DNA of 64,000 nucleotides, taken from Stegostoma tigrinum (lineage: Eukaryota). Positions 32,701-46,153 of this stretch are shown piece by piece. The notes below the pieces were generated by a model that worked only from the letters and a program-made list of their open reading frames with translations, searched no databases and was not told the DNA's origin. The DNA is taken from NCBI RefSeq assembly GCF_030684315.1, contig NC_081369.1:9276035-9340034 (forward strand), written 5' to 3'. Both the position numbers and the translations under genes were made by a program. Positions within the stretch are counted from its first letter, which is position 1. Each line of letters starts with the position of its first letter.

Positions 32701-33972
32701 TATCCGCACTGTAAACAGTGAAAATACAGCAAAGAAAAAACACTTGTACTCCCAACCATTACTTCTGACTAATCTACCTCAACTGTTCGAATAATCAATT
32801 TAGACACTGGTTTATTGCTTCAACAAAAGACTTCCCGATCTATTAACAACATAATAACCACAATTGAGCGAAACCGAGCAACAAAATAATCCAATCTGTC
32901 TGTTTTACTAATTCAAAACCCTTTGTTTTTCGCACCATTCATACAAAGGGCAAACAGACAAACAAGCACAGCTAAGGGACAAATACAATCTACAAGCAAA
33001 ACTAGCGAGATTACTTCAGTGATTTCCGTGATGTGTTGTTCCCTGAGCATAGGTGATGTTTTCTTATTTATTTTCTGAACGCGCTGATCAAGGTCAGCTT
33101 TCAGTTTAATCAGATAAAGGCAGTAAAACTTTATACCTGAGTTCAGAGGAAGAGTCACTCGCTCCCGAATATTAAGTCTGATTTCTCTCCACAGTTGCTG
33201 CCACACCTGCCAAGCTTTTCGCCAATTTCTCCTATTGTCTCATAATTTAAACTTAGTTTTCTATCCTGCAAGCGTTCACGGACTGCTCATTTGAGGTGAG
33301 GCAGCGAAGTTTTTTAAAAAAATGTCTTCATTCTGAAACATCAACGGTAAGATTCCTTTTCGCAGAAAAATGAACAGAAGCCCAGAATCCAATTGAAACT
33401 CTGTCCATTCCTTGACTGGCTGACAGGCTTTTGCACGAGGCCCCAGACTCCATTCAATATCTAACATGTTTTGAAAACAGGGTCTTTACCAGGCCTATTG
33501 GAACCAGCAGTGATCGAGTTGATAGTCACCTTCGGCGGACTGTTTAAGCATAATGCTCCTCCCCGCTCATAAAAAAACTGCAACTCTAAAGTAAAAACAA
33601 CACAAATGGTCAGCTGATCCCAAGTCTTTCTAATCTGTCGAGTGAAAGACTGTTTATCAGTTAATGAATTAGGTAAAGTAATGCAAGCTATCTTTAATTT
33701 TGGCTATTTATTGAGAAGTCTCACAGACAATCATATACTGAAGGAATTATTGTAACTTTGTTGCATACAGCAACCGAAATAACACTCCTCAAATAAGCCA
33801 TTTATACCTCACAGTGTAGTTCTCCAGACATTTGCTACTGAAGAATTCTAGAGTTAAAATTTTACAGCGTTCTATTTTTCAAAGTGAATGATTGATCTCA
33901 GGTATGATTCCAATCAATGGCGTCTGGCCCTTGGTGGGTCCAGTTTCGATTCTGATATACAGTAGTTACTCA

Positions 33973-34232
33973 ATAGACAATAGGTGCTGGAGTAGGTCAT
34001 TCGACCCTTCGAGCCAGCACCACCATTCATTATGATCATGGCTGATCATCCACTATCAGTATCCTGTTCCTGCCTTATCCCCATAACCCTTGATTCCACT
34101 ATCTTTAAGAGCTCTATCCATCACTTTCTTGAAAGTATCCAGAGACTTGGCCTCCACTGCCTTCTGGGGCAGAGCACTCCACATATCCACCACTCTCTGG
34201 GTGAAGAAGTTTTTCCTCAACTCTTGTTCTAA
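33973..34232 (-). mobile_element. CR1 3' fragment
   Basis: Minus ORF ELRKNFFTQRVVDMWSALPQKAVEAKSLDTFKK..GIKGYG. Confidence 0.9.
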
Positions 34233-35050
34233 ATAGCTTTCACTGAAGATGGAAAACTTAGAAACGTTTTCGACTTTAAATACCGAAAGTGTAAAGTGTG
34301 GGGAAAAAGCCAAAACGTTAGGTCTGTGATAATTTGAGAGGCAGCAGAGATTAAACAGTAAAAAGAGAGTTGGCCTTGCAAGGCCAGTCGGTCACATTAA
34401 AGTGGTATAGTTGGAAGTATAAGAACATGAGCAACTGCAGTCTTATCAGGAAAACCTGAGTGGAATATCGGGAAAATGGGTCAGTTGAAAAGATTGTGTA
34501 GAAGGGCTGTTAATGGGAGACCAATGAATATTTACTTTACAAACCAAAAGAAAGGTGTGGACGACCACAACAGCAACAACAAGCTTGCCATGTGAAAGGA
34601 AATGAATTGGGAGTGCGATTTGGAGATTATCTTTTGCTCCGTGTTTCCCATTTTTATGAGGGAACATTGCCAAGCTGCTGTGCAGCTCTGTAAGGTGGCG
34701 GCAATAGACATCAAGGCGTCATTTACTTTTGCTTTCCACTGAGTGACAGTAATGGCCACTGTGATACCTTTAAATTGGCCCGTGTTTTAATCTCTGACCT
34801 CTCCCCTCTGTTGTGTCACTTACTTGCCGCTAAACCTGTCCTCCAATCAGTCAGGGCCAACTTCAGGGGACATTGTGCCTAAAGATGCCTTCCTTCTCAG
34901 CATGCCGTATGGACCCAGAAAGTGTTCCGATGCAAATGCAAGTGAAAATCCTCAATGTATAATATCTGTTCAACATTTGTCATTTTCTTATTTCCTATGA
35001 TAACATTTTAAACTGTGTGATAGCACTGCGTTATTAAATAACTTCACAGA

Positions 35051-35190
35051 TGCCGGTACCACGTCAGCAAGTCACCCTTATTCAAAAGTGCATAATACTT
35101 GACACAGACCCGGCTCCCTGACAGCCAGCTCTCAGAGTCCACATAATATCCGACACTCCATTCTGCTCTGCTAGCTCAGAGCCAGTCGAT
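35051..35190 (-). mobile_element. LTR fragment related to the adjacent Gypsy element
   Basis: gtcagcaagtcacccttatt...cagccagctctcagag recognised by eye as shark Gypsy LTR-type sequence; short and degraded. Confidence 0.4.
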
Positions 35191-35599
35191 AGAGTTAAGA
35201 AAACTTGAGACCGTTTTTTGCTCTTTTTATGGTTTCCTACATTACCAAAGAACCTAAAGGGGGTTAGCAGTACTACTTATATTTCCGCACCGCCCCCGAA
35301 ATCATACGTATCTCTGCGTGTATGGACAGTGGCGCAGGGAAAAGTGAAAACATGGCGCAACAACTTTGTTACGCTGCCCATCACAAGGAAAACCCCCATT
35401 GGCTTGTGAAACGGTAACAAGGAAGTCCTAATAAGGGCAATGCATGCATCAAAATGTGAAGGGGAGAAGAGCAGAATTATATCCAAATTGTTTTAGAGGG
35501 AGAATTAAAGTAGTGTATCCCCAGCAGTGTTCATCTCTCCATAAAGGCATGGAGAGCATTGGTAGACAATATATTTCCTCTTCAATGACACCTGGGCTC

Positions 35600-38500
35600 A
35601 AATGGAACTGTGGGCGGGGGACAGAGAGTTCACAGAGATGACCCCACCCACAGCCTACTGCCTGGACATGTTTCCAGCCAGCCTCACCAGGCCAATGCCC
35701 CTGCTTATATCTGTCAGCCCCAGCTCCCTTATTGGAGTAGATTTAGAGCCCCAATCAGGGAAGTCATATTCAACAAGGTCCACCTGGCTGACCTCATTAC
35801 AATTGTTACATTCTCCACCCCACCCCCACCAAATCCAGGGACATAGGCCTGTTCTTTGTCTTGTAGCCTCTCATGGGGCATTTTTGCACCAGGTCTGGTT
35901 CCTCCAATTTGGCCTCAGGAATGGGTAGCATGTACCAGGCCATGGCCTACCTCTTAAATCTGGAGCGTCTCAGAACAAGTTCATTCTCTTCCTCAGCTGG
36001 TGAAGGTGTGAGTCTGTGACATTCACTGTGTCCATCTGAGTGTCCAGGTTGCTTTGATGCTAGACAGAAAGGGAGAACTCACAGGCTTTGACAGCCTTTC
36101 TGGCTGTCCTGAGGTGCCAGGTATGATTTGATCCTGCCATGTTTATGAGTTTGCAGCTTTCATGTGGTCCATGTGCTTGTTTAGGACTGCTTCACCTCCG
36201 TGAACTTTGTACGTCATGGTTCCTGGCTTTAGGTTAACCATGACTTTTACCAACACAGGGCTATTCCCATGGTTCGGTACTAAACTTAGTTCCCTGAAGT
36301 AAACCTTTTCCCTCACTTAGAGGACCCTTGTGTCTGGCATTGGCATTCCTGATGTTATTTTACCGTCCCCCATGGTCCAGGAAGACCAGATTTAACCTGG
36401 GTGTGGAGTCTTCTCCCTGTTAGCAACTCTGCAGGAGCTATGCTGGTAATTGCATGAGGGGTTGTCTGAAAATCAAACAGGAACTGGGACAGCTTACTAT
36501 CCTGTGAAGATGTAGGCTGTTCTGTAATCTTAACTTCAAAGTTTGAACTGCTCTTTCTGTCAGATCATGGCTGTCCTTATATGCTTAATGCCATTTGTCT
36601 TTATGAAATACGTGAGTTCCTTGCTGGTACTTGATGGCCCATTGTCAGTGACCAACACTTCTGAAGCCCATGCATTGCAGAAGATGCCTGAAACCTTTCC
36701 ATCATCATCTTTGTATTTGAAAAATGAACTCAAGGCACATTCAACCACTTTGAGTGGGCATCCACAATGACTAAGAAAGTTGAGAACATGAAAGGGCCAG
36801 CAGAGTCAATGTATAACTGAGCCCACAGGTCATTCTCACGGATGTGGGGGAGCTGCTGGCAGTAATTATTATCCTTGTTGGTACTTTGGTTGCTGCCCTA
36901 TCAACACAGCCATGTCTGGATCCGATCTTGCCCACCAGACATAATATCTTGTCAACAACTTCAGTTGGAATTTGCCTGATGACCCTGGTGGAGTTCCCCC
37001 AGTATCTGGCAGCAACCTTTGCTTGGGACAATCGGTCTTGCTCCTCATAATAAAATGCCATTCTCGACAGTAATAGGGGCTCGCCAGGTCTAGTTTCAAT
37101 TATGCAATGACCCTTCTGTTTCCCCTATCACCACCAGCTGTTTTAGTTTTGCAGATCTGTTCACAATCTGATATTGTCAGCGGAGACCAGAAGGGTTCCT
37201 GAAAATTTACAACCAGAATGGTCTCTTCAAGTAGCAGCAACATCGGTGGTCTATCTACCAGCTGGAGGCAGCTCAAGGCGTTCACATGTGCTACTTGGCC
37301 TCTTGGACAGTGTTCCAACTTGTAATTGTATCCACTTAGCATGAGAACCCACCACTGAATTAGAGGTGATGTAATGGGCTGCTTGGCCTTGTCCTCTTTG
37401 AATAGCCCTAGAAGGGGTTAGTGGCCTGTTAGTATTACAAATTTACTTCCATAAGGATATTAGTGCACCTTTCTCACACAAAAGATGACTGTCAAATCCG
37501 TTTTCTTTATGTACGAGTATATATGCTCTACGTCAGCCAAAGTCTGGGAACCATGTGGTAGTGAGCATTCCTCTCCATTCGGCAATCTGTGAGTCAACAG
37601 CACCCTGATACAATATGTGGAGGCATTGCAAATCTGTGCAAGATGTTACTTGGGATCATAGTGTGCCAACACCTCAGATGATGATAACAGCTTCTTCCCT
37701 TTCTTGAAGGTGACATCTTGGCTGTGAGACAATTTTCTAGGCTGATCCTTTGTCAATAGTAAACGTAAGGGTCGCAGATTGAAGGTCAGATTACTTTGGA
37801 ATTTTTCAACATAATTCACCAATCGCAGGGCAGCACTAATCTCCATTGTAGATGTTAAAGATGGGCCACTTTGATTGTCCTCACTTTTCTTCCCAGGTTT
37901 TGTAAGCTGGTGTTGTCAACTGCGTACCACAAATAGAACACTTGGGATATCTGAAACACACATTTAGTTCCTTTCTAAATGATACAGTCAGCTTAGAGAA
38001 ATATCTAAAGACTGCGTCCAAGTTCTCTAAGTGCACCTTTTGGCCTTCTCTGTTATTAGCATGAGACAGGTGAACTGGAGTAGGCCTTGTGAAATGTTCT
38101 CCATTGTCTTCTGAAAAATAGGCTGATGACTCCCAAATTAGCAGTCTTGTATATTTGTGGGTACAAATTGCATCATATGTCTCAGAATCCTCATTTAACC
38201 AAAATAGCAGGTACGTGTGACTCATGTCCAGGCTCATGGAGGACAGCCCCCACCAAAACACACCAAATTTCCGTATATGTCTTCCATGTGAAGGATTGGG
38301 TATTGAGAAGAAATTTATCCATTGTTTAAAATCCTCACTGGTGGAATGATTCTTTCACTTTCCAGCCTCCTGATTTCTGCCTCTACTTCTGCACATAAGG
38401 CAAACAACACTAGATGGGCCTTGTGGAATCATTGAATTGTTTTCTGGTCAACATGCAAGGTGGTCTTAGCTCTTTTGATAGTCTTCGGACAGCCCTGAAA

Positions 38501-38695
38501 ATTTAATTATGACTTCTATGAGCCAGCCATTTTCTAATCAAACAATGTTGAGCCGATCATGCTGAATCTTTCTCAACAAATTTCAACCGACCAGATTTGG
38601 GGCTGAGCGTTTTATGTCAATCACTGGTAACTTAAGCAATCAGTTCTCATAGGACAATGGAGCTGACTTGTACCCTGGATCTGTAAATTATCTTG
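35600..38695 (-). mobile_element. Degenerate Ty3/Gypsy LTR retrotransposon (RT-RNaseH-integrase, PPT and 3' LTR)
   Basis: Integrase LVTDNGP..TS.E..YFIKTNGIKHIRTA (36560-36748), YVWW zinc-finger region, and RNaseH/RT remnants (LSSSEVLAHYDPK, LSGYNYKLEH). The LTR starts TGTAACA at 35810 right after a polypurine tract (35811-35830). Confidence 0.88.
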
Positions 38696-38699
38696 TCAG

Positions 38700-39350
38700 A
38701 TTGAATTTAAAGTGGAAAGATGTGAGCTTATTTACTTTTGTTGGAGAAACAGATTTTCAGAGCATCATTTGAAAAGTAAGATAAAGAAGGACAAAGAACA
38801 AAGAAAATTACAGCACAGGAACAGTCCCTTCGGCCCTCCAAGCCTGTGCCATGTGGGGGATGGTACCGATATACACTGGGGCCTGAGTTTCTTTGTCTGT
38901 AAGTACTGAAGGCTAACGTAGAGCTGCAGCAAACCATTGTGAAAGCCAACAGAATATTAGTTGTTTTTCCAAGGCAATACAGTGGGGGTGGGGCGGGGGG
39001 GTGCAGGGGGGATGGGGAAAAGTATTGCTTGAATTCTCTAGGAGTTTGTTTAAACTCAACCTGAAGTATTGTGTGTTGTTTTGGTCTCTATATGTCAGGA
39101 AACATATTATGGCCACGGAGGGAGTACAACAAAACATCACCAAATTTGTTCATGACTGTCCTGTGAAAAAAGATTGGTCAAAATGGGCTGGTATTCTCTA
39201 GGGTTTTGCAGAATAAGATCTCATTGAAGGGTACAGAATACTTAAAAGAATGGACCAGCTAGATGCAGGTAAGATATTTCCTTTGGTTGGGGAATTAAAA
39301 ACCAGATGGCACTATTTTAAAATCAGAAGAATGCTTCTTGGGTCCAAGGT
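38700..39350 (+). mobile_element. Decayed CR1 ORF2 fragment(s)
   Basis: LKYCVLFWSLYVRK..EGVQQNITK motif; nested inverted CR1-tail piece at ~38790-38850. Confidence 0.7.
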
Positions 39351-39369
39351 GTTGATCAACATCACCCAG

Positions 39370-41873
39370 TCATGATGCAACACCATCTGTACTCTTAGAA
39401 TCAATCGCAAGATTGTCATTTAACCAGCAGACAAAGGAGGAGCCCATTGTCATACAGAATATAATGGACTAATGAAAGGAGGTGCACTGGCAGCTGAACA
39501 ACCAGGAACAAGATAGATGACTACCTGCTGATTCAAACAAAGAATACACCGGTCAACTGAACAGACTAGTCAAGACTTTTGATTCAGTCATTCAGAGTGC
39601 CCTGCACACTCTCCTCCCATGTAATTCCCATGTAGGGGATTTATACTGCATTTAAAAAGATGCTCAAAGCCAACACACCTGGACGTCCCATCGTATCAGG
39701 CAAAGGCACCTTATGAGAGAAATTCTCTGGCTGTGTTGAGGGCATCTCAAAACCAACTGTACAGGCAACATCCAGCTTCAGTTGCAACCCTACAGATTTC
39801 TTACAGAAATGCAGTACCATAGATCAGAAAACCAGGAACCTTCCCCATCACAGTGGACGTTTTGTGACTCTACGCCAGCATCCCTCACAATGATGGCATT
39901 ACTGCAGAAGCCTCAGTCCTCAATACAACCAACTCTCCGTTTCCAAACGCTATCCTACAACTCATCCACTTCAAGCTTGATCAGAACAGCTTCACCTTTG
40001 ACAGCCAGTTCTTCAGTGAGACACACAGAACAGCCATGGGACCACATTTGCTCCCCAATGTGTGAACACTTTTATGCATATGTTCAAAAAAGACATCTTT
40101 GCTGCACAGAACTTCCAACCAACGCTATACACCAGATACATTGATGACATTTTTTGCCTTCAGCCTCATGGCAAGAAATCACTGGAAAAATTATATTGTG
40201 ATGTCAATATTTTTCATCCCAACATCAGACTTTTTATGGCCGATTCTTTAGAATCAATCTCATTCTTGGAAACACACATCTCCAACAGGGATGGACATCT
40301 TGGTACAGCACTCTACTGCTAGCCTATGGTTAATCTGACAATGCTGCGCTTCTCTAGTTTCCATCCTGAATGTATTAAAACAGCCATCCCCAATGGACAG
40401 GCCCTATACATACACAGAATCTGTTCAGATATGGAGTAACAAGATGGACACCTGAAAGTGTTGAAGAATGCCCTCATGTGAACAGGATACAATACTCAAC
40501 TCATCAATCACCTGTTTCAACATGCCACAGTGAAAAAATTTAATGACAGACACGAAATGCTTCCAATAGAGTGCCCATCATCTACATGTACTTGCTGGGA
40601 GCGGAGAATCTATGCAATGTTCTTTGCAGCCTTCAATGCATTGTCGATGACAATGAGCTCCTCGACTTATCTTCCCCACACCTCTACCTCTCGCTTTCAA
40701 ACAACCACCAAATATTAAATGCACCATTGTTAACAGAAAACTACCCAGCCTTCGGGACAACATTGACCACAACACTATACAACACTGTCAGGGTAGTCTA
40801 TGCAAGACACGTCTGACACTGGAAATGGACACAAACATTGTACACTAGGTGCACGGCAATTACTCAAGTGACTTGGCCAACATCGTATGTCTCACATGCT
40901 GCAGGCAAGGATGCCCTGAGGGATGGTAAACATTGGCAAAAGTGTGCTGACGCCATGACAATGGCTGGTTGAACATCACACAACAATTGACAGACAGGAA
41001 TGTTCCCTCCCAGTGGGGGAACACTTCCCCAGTCAAGGACATTCGGCCTAAGGTCTTCAGGTAAATATCCTCCAAGGCAGGCTTCAGGGCACACAACAAT
41101 GCAGTGTCACTGAGCAGAGGCTGATAGCCATGTTTCGCACCCATGAGGACAGCCTCAGCTGGGATCTTGGGTTCACATTGCAGTACAGGTGACTGCACCA
41201 CATTATACAAACACAAGCAGGCATACATAGACACGCACGCACATACACACACAAAGAAACAAACTGCCCCCCACACACACAGTCTCTTCCCCCTCACACA
41301 CACTCTCTCCCTCCTTCACTCTCACACACTCGGTCTCTTCCCCCTCACTCTGTCTCTCTTACACACACACACAAGCACAAGTCTATGGGGTGAATTTGTG
41401 TTTGCAGATACATTTTATTTCGTTCAAAAGCACACAATTTATACACAGTGAATATGGCGCTTTATAATTTCCTACTTTAGTCATAGCCAATTTGACTTCA
41501 AACTAAGACACAAACAGATTCTAAACGAGGCCTCATACTTAACATACAGTGTCTGACCTAAAATGTCACCTCTTTTTTGCACTGATAAAAGCATTAGTTC
41601 TATCAGGGCAGCGACTTGAAAGAAATTCAGGGATTTCCATATACATAGTAATCAATTAAAACCTTCTAACTGATTAAAGGTTTAACAGCATCTTTGCTTT
41701 GTTTAGTATATCCTCATCAATGGTGTGAAGCTTTGAACTTTTGATTATGAATCCTGTGTCTGATATTACCTCTCTCATGAACACCTGACGAAGGACTGAG
41801 GCTCCCAAACCTTCTGCTGTCAAATAAACCTGTTGGACTATAGCCTGGTGTCAGGTGATTTCTGACCTTGTCC
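39370..41873 (+). mobile_element. Second Penelope-like element, decayed, with (CA)n-rich 3' region and terminal repeat
   Basis: PADKGG, GRPIVSG, LYTRYIDDIF, FHPNIRL..SISFLET and a GIY-YIG region (NIVCLTCCRQGCPEGW). Terminal cctgacgaagga..ctcccaaacc..aataaacctgttggactat (decayed hammerhead). Confidence 0.88.
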
Positions 41874-41995
41874 CTTTGTTAAGACAGAGGGTGGATGATT
41901 TATTGGCCATCCACAGCCATTTTTGCTTGGGAGCAGGAAGGTATAAAAGTAGCTAGGCTTAAACTGCTTCTTCGCCTTATTCTTCACTCTGTTAT

Positions 41996-42190
41996 GTGGG
42001 TTGGTAGCTCAGTTGGTTGGATGGCCAGTTAGTGATACAATTTGATGGCAACTTTGCAGGTTCAGTTCTCGCACTGGTTGAAGTTGTATAAGGTCCTGGC
42101 CTCTCAGCCTAACCTGAGGTGTAGTGTCCTCAGGTGAAACCAATCATTTGTCATCTCCCTGATGAGAGAGACTATGATGACTTTTTTTTA
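41996..42190 (+). mobile_element. tRNA-derived SINE, decayed
   Basis: tagctcagttgg A-box, ggttcagttc B-box and a cctgagg..cctcagg hairpin. Confidence 0.55.
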
Positions 42191-43329
42191 ACATAAACAT
42201 TAGATATTCAAGTAAGTCAAATTGAGAGCATCATTCAGGATCAGGAAGGATAATTGGCCAAGGTAATATATGTCTCTCCAATCTGTGTGGGGAATAAGAA
42301 TTCTGAGGTTGCGATTTCAAATAAGGAAATTGCCTGTCCTGCAATTCCTCATGCTGCTTTTTGATGCACAAAATGCTAGAGATATTTGACTCATTTCTTG
42401 TTTTCATCGTTTGCAATGGTGACTTATTATCATAGCTATCTATACACAATGAAGACCGTATCAATACACAACTCATGATTTCAAACAGAATTTTTTGAAT
42501 AGAAAGTGGGGTTTGTACAGATTGGGAATGAGTACAAGACAAAGAACATACTTTGAACCAAATCAATGGCCTAGCTTTCTTGTATGCTTTTATCCTATAT
42601 TCAGCAAGATTTACTCAACAATGATGCAAAGTTTACTGACAGGCAGTTTGAAATGTTGTTGGCAAATATGCATACACTCTTCGAAATAATGTAACAACCA
42701 AAACAGAGCCACACTGCTTTAAAGAGAAAGAAAGTTATTGTTTTCTACATTGGTCAACTTTAGTTCAAAAAATTTTTGGTGAAATAGTTATGAATCCTTA
42801 AAGAAATGGAAGCATTCATATCAATTCACAGAATAAGTATTTGAATGTTAGTGGATCACTAATATTTATTGCAATTAGTTGGAGTACAACATCAGAGACA
42901 TCTACTGCATTCATACAGGGCATTGGTGTGAACTACCTCAAGCATTTGGTTTCCTATCCAATGCAGAAAAAACTTGTCTGAAAGGTTCACTGGATTGATT
43001 CCAGAGATGACAGGTAATTCTATGAACTAAAATTGTGATTGTGAGTATGAAGCCCTCCTATATTCTCATGTTTCAGAGAAATGTTGTCTGCTTTCATTGA
43101 AATTTATGAAATGCTTGATAATACCAAGGTAAATTAGGAAAGGGGGCAAGACACTCAACACCTTTACCCTGTTCTGTCATTGAATAAATCATGATTGATC
43201 TAATTGCTCTGAATTCTTGCCTACCTTTCACTTTCTCCATCTCTGCTTCACTTGCCTTTTGAGTTCAGAGTTGTGAAGTGTCATGACTCTGAGGAAATAT
43301 CCTCCTTGCCTCTGTTCAAATGCATGAGA

Positions 43330-43917
43330 CATATAGGATATCATGTTGACCTTGTGCAGAAGATTGATGAGGCCACTTTTGTATCACTGTGTACAATTCT
43401 GGCCACCCTGCTACAGGAAGATATTAGTAAATTAGAGAGGGTTCAGAAAAGATTCAGCAGGATTTTGCCAGGACCGGAGGGTTTGAGTTATATGGATAGG
43501 CTGAGACTTTTATTTCTCTGGCGCATAAGATGTGAAGGGGTAGTCTGATTATTGTTTATGAAATCATGAGTGGTATTGACAAGGTGAATATCGAACAGCT
43601 TTTCCCATGGATGGTGAGTTCAAAACTAGGGGTCATATTTTTAAAGTGAGTGGAAAAAAATTTAAAGAGGGACTCGAGAGGCAACTTCTTTCACACAAAG
43701 CTTCTTTCTTATGTGGAAATAACTGCCAGAGGAAACGGTAGACGTAGGTAGAGTTACATATTTATTGCACATTTGAATATGTACATGAATAGTAAAATAT
43801 ATCGAGGGACATTGGCCAAACCCTAGCAAGTGAGACTGTTAGATTGGGAAATTTAATTGACATTGACGAGTTGGACTGAATGGCTTGTTTCTGTGCTGCA
43901 TCACTCTTTGAATCTAT
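43330..43917 (+). mobile_element. CR1 3' fragment, nested within other CR1 debris (42840-44250)
   Basis: DISKLERVQKRFSRILPG motif and CR1 tail. Confidence 0.85.
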
Positions 43918-45845
43918 GTGACCACCAGTTTTAGGATCTCACGCAACAGGCACTACATTTTGCACATGCACCTTATCAAGACTGTCAGGATCTTGTATGT
44001 TTCTATCAAGTTGCCTCCACCTATCCTAAACTCATAGTAAAAGAAGGAAGCAGTCTACCAATGAGAACTGAAATGAGAATTTTTTTTTATCCTTGATATC
44101 TTCTGCCTCTGGATGTTCAATTATTGAGTATATTCAAGATTAAAAATATAAAAAAAAGTTTGAGATCTAAGGTAGTAATTTGCTGTGGAAACAGAATGGG
44201 GGTGCATAGTTAATGTGACAGCTTAGCCATGATCTTTCTGAATGTGCATCTGGAAGGCATTGTCTTAAGAATATAAATGTGTCAAGATAGTCACAGTCAA
44301 GGAGTGACAGAGTCTACTCTTCTTAATTGTGGTACATAATGACAGTTCGATTCTCAACAAGTAGTTTCTGTGACAGCGGTCATTCATAAACTTCCACAAG
44401 GACCAAAAAAGTGGGGCATTTATTGAATAAGGAGAAGAAATTAGAGATTCAAGAGGATGCTTGTTTCCAGTTCTGACACTTGTAATGAAAGAGATATTTG
44501 ACCTCAAACTACAGATCAAGTTCAAGTTTGTGAAACCATTCTCAGGTAGAAATGCAAAAAAAAATCTGTATGACCTGTTGGATGGTTTGTTGGATAAAAA
44601 TGGCTTGCAATGGTCATTTTGTGATAGCTTTTCTTTCACATTATGGTCCAGAGAATGCTGTCGTATGTCAATGAAGGGAAAAAAAAGACAAACTATGGGA
44701 TGATTACTGAATTTTGTTTGGGCTCATTGGAGCTGCATGCTGGTGAGACAATCATTCACAGCCTGGACAGAAGGGAAATGTGCTGATTCCTCCTGAGAAT
44801 CATGTGGCATAATGATAGTATTCCTACCTCTGAACTAGGAAACCCAGATTCACTACCAGCTCCGGAGGCATGTAGTATCATCTCTTATCGTGGTGAACTC
44901 GGGCAAGATACTGAAAATCATGATATGTACTTGTGAGTGCTGCAAAGCTCCCCCAGAGCAGTGGATATATTGCTTGAGGCATCTTGTTATTAATCCAACC
45001 TTGGTTCTTCTGAAAGTATGTTCAATATCCCTATGGTTAATATTTGGTTGTATTGCAGACTGGATTCATGAGACATGTTATCAGATTTCCCTCTTTAGCT
45101 GTTGATTTGATCCGTTGGCTTAAAAATTGAGCCTACTTCTATTGATAAGAAATAATGCTATCTATCACCTCTTTGCATTACGTGTATCAGTTAACACACT
45201 TGCACAGCAATTGACGACAAACTAGGATATTTTAAAGCAATTGTCGGCTCTATTTTGCAAGGATTCTGATATTAGACATTCATGGGCATTGCCACTTGGT
45301 GTAAATTCCAGGCCTTCTCTGAGATTTCTTGTCTGCTTATGCAAAGTGCTTGATTGCTGCGAGTAACTTCTTAGAATGGAAACATTGCCCAAACGCTTCC
45401 TCATCAACGAGTTTAGTGTTCTCTGAATACAATTTGAACTTCTCCCTCAAATACTTTGTCTGTTTCCCCAAGCAGCTTTTCCTTCCCTGTGCCATTTCTA
45501 ATGACTCTCCTGTCGTGTCAGGAGGTCATTGCTTGAACAGAATCCTTGAAATGAGCGCCAAGGCATTCAGCATGTACTGTATCCATCTCAGCGGACTCAC
45601 CAGCTTTAAGTAACAATATAATCCACCAAATGCTTCTACGAGCTCAGTAACAATTAGAAGATACAGTCAGCAACTACTGTGAAAATAGTTGATTCCTTTT
45701 AATCCTGCTGTTAGTGGATACTTCCCATCACTGTATGCTTGTTAAATCAGGTGAAGTTAAGAACGGGTATTGAATAAATTCTTGAGTTCAAAAGTGATGC
45801 TTCATGCTGATGGATACCAAGATCTATCTACTTATGAAAGCCTTT

Positions 45846-46153
45846 GATTAGATTAGATTCCCTACAGTGTGGAAACAGGTCCTTTGGCCCAATAAGTCCA
45901 CACCGCTCCTTGGGCAATCCCACCTAGACCTCCCCCCCCCTCCCACCCCGATAACTCACACACCCCTGAACACTACGGACAATTTAGCATGGCCGATCCA
46001 TCTAGCCTGCACATCTTTGGACTGTGGGAGGAAACCGGAGCACCCAAAGGAAACCCACTCAGACACAGGGAGAATGTGCAAACTCCGCACAGACAGTTAC
46101 CCAAGGCTGGAATCGAACCCAGGTCCCTGGTTCTGTGAGCCAGTGTGCCGCCC
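45846..46153 (-). mobile_element. HE1 SINE
   Basis: Colinear with 18860-19162. Confidence 0.9.

Noticed and set aside
32913-33206. Minus-strand ORF with a hydrophobic TM-like stretch (VISLVLLVDCICPLAVLVCLFALCM)
   Set aside because: No polypyrimidine acceptor, weak donor, wrong phase for the family, and no partner exons on that strand.
41143-41451. His/Thr-rich ORF
   Set aside because: Translation of the (CA)n/(CT)n microsatellite in the Penelope 3' region.
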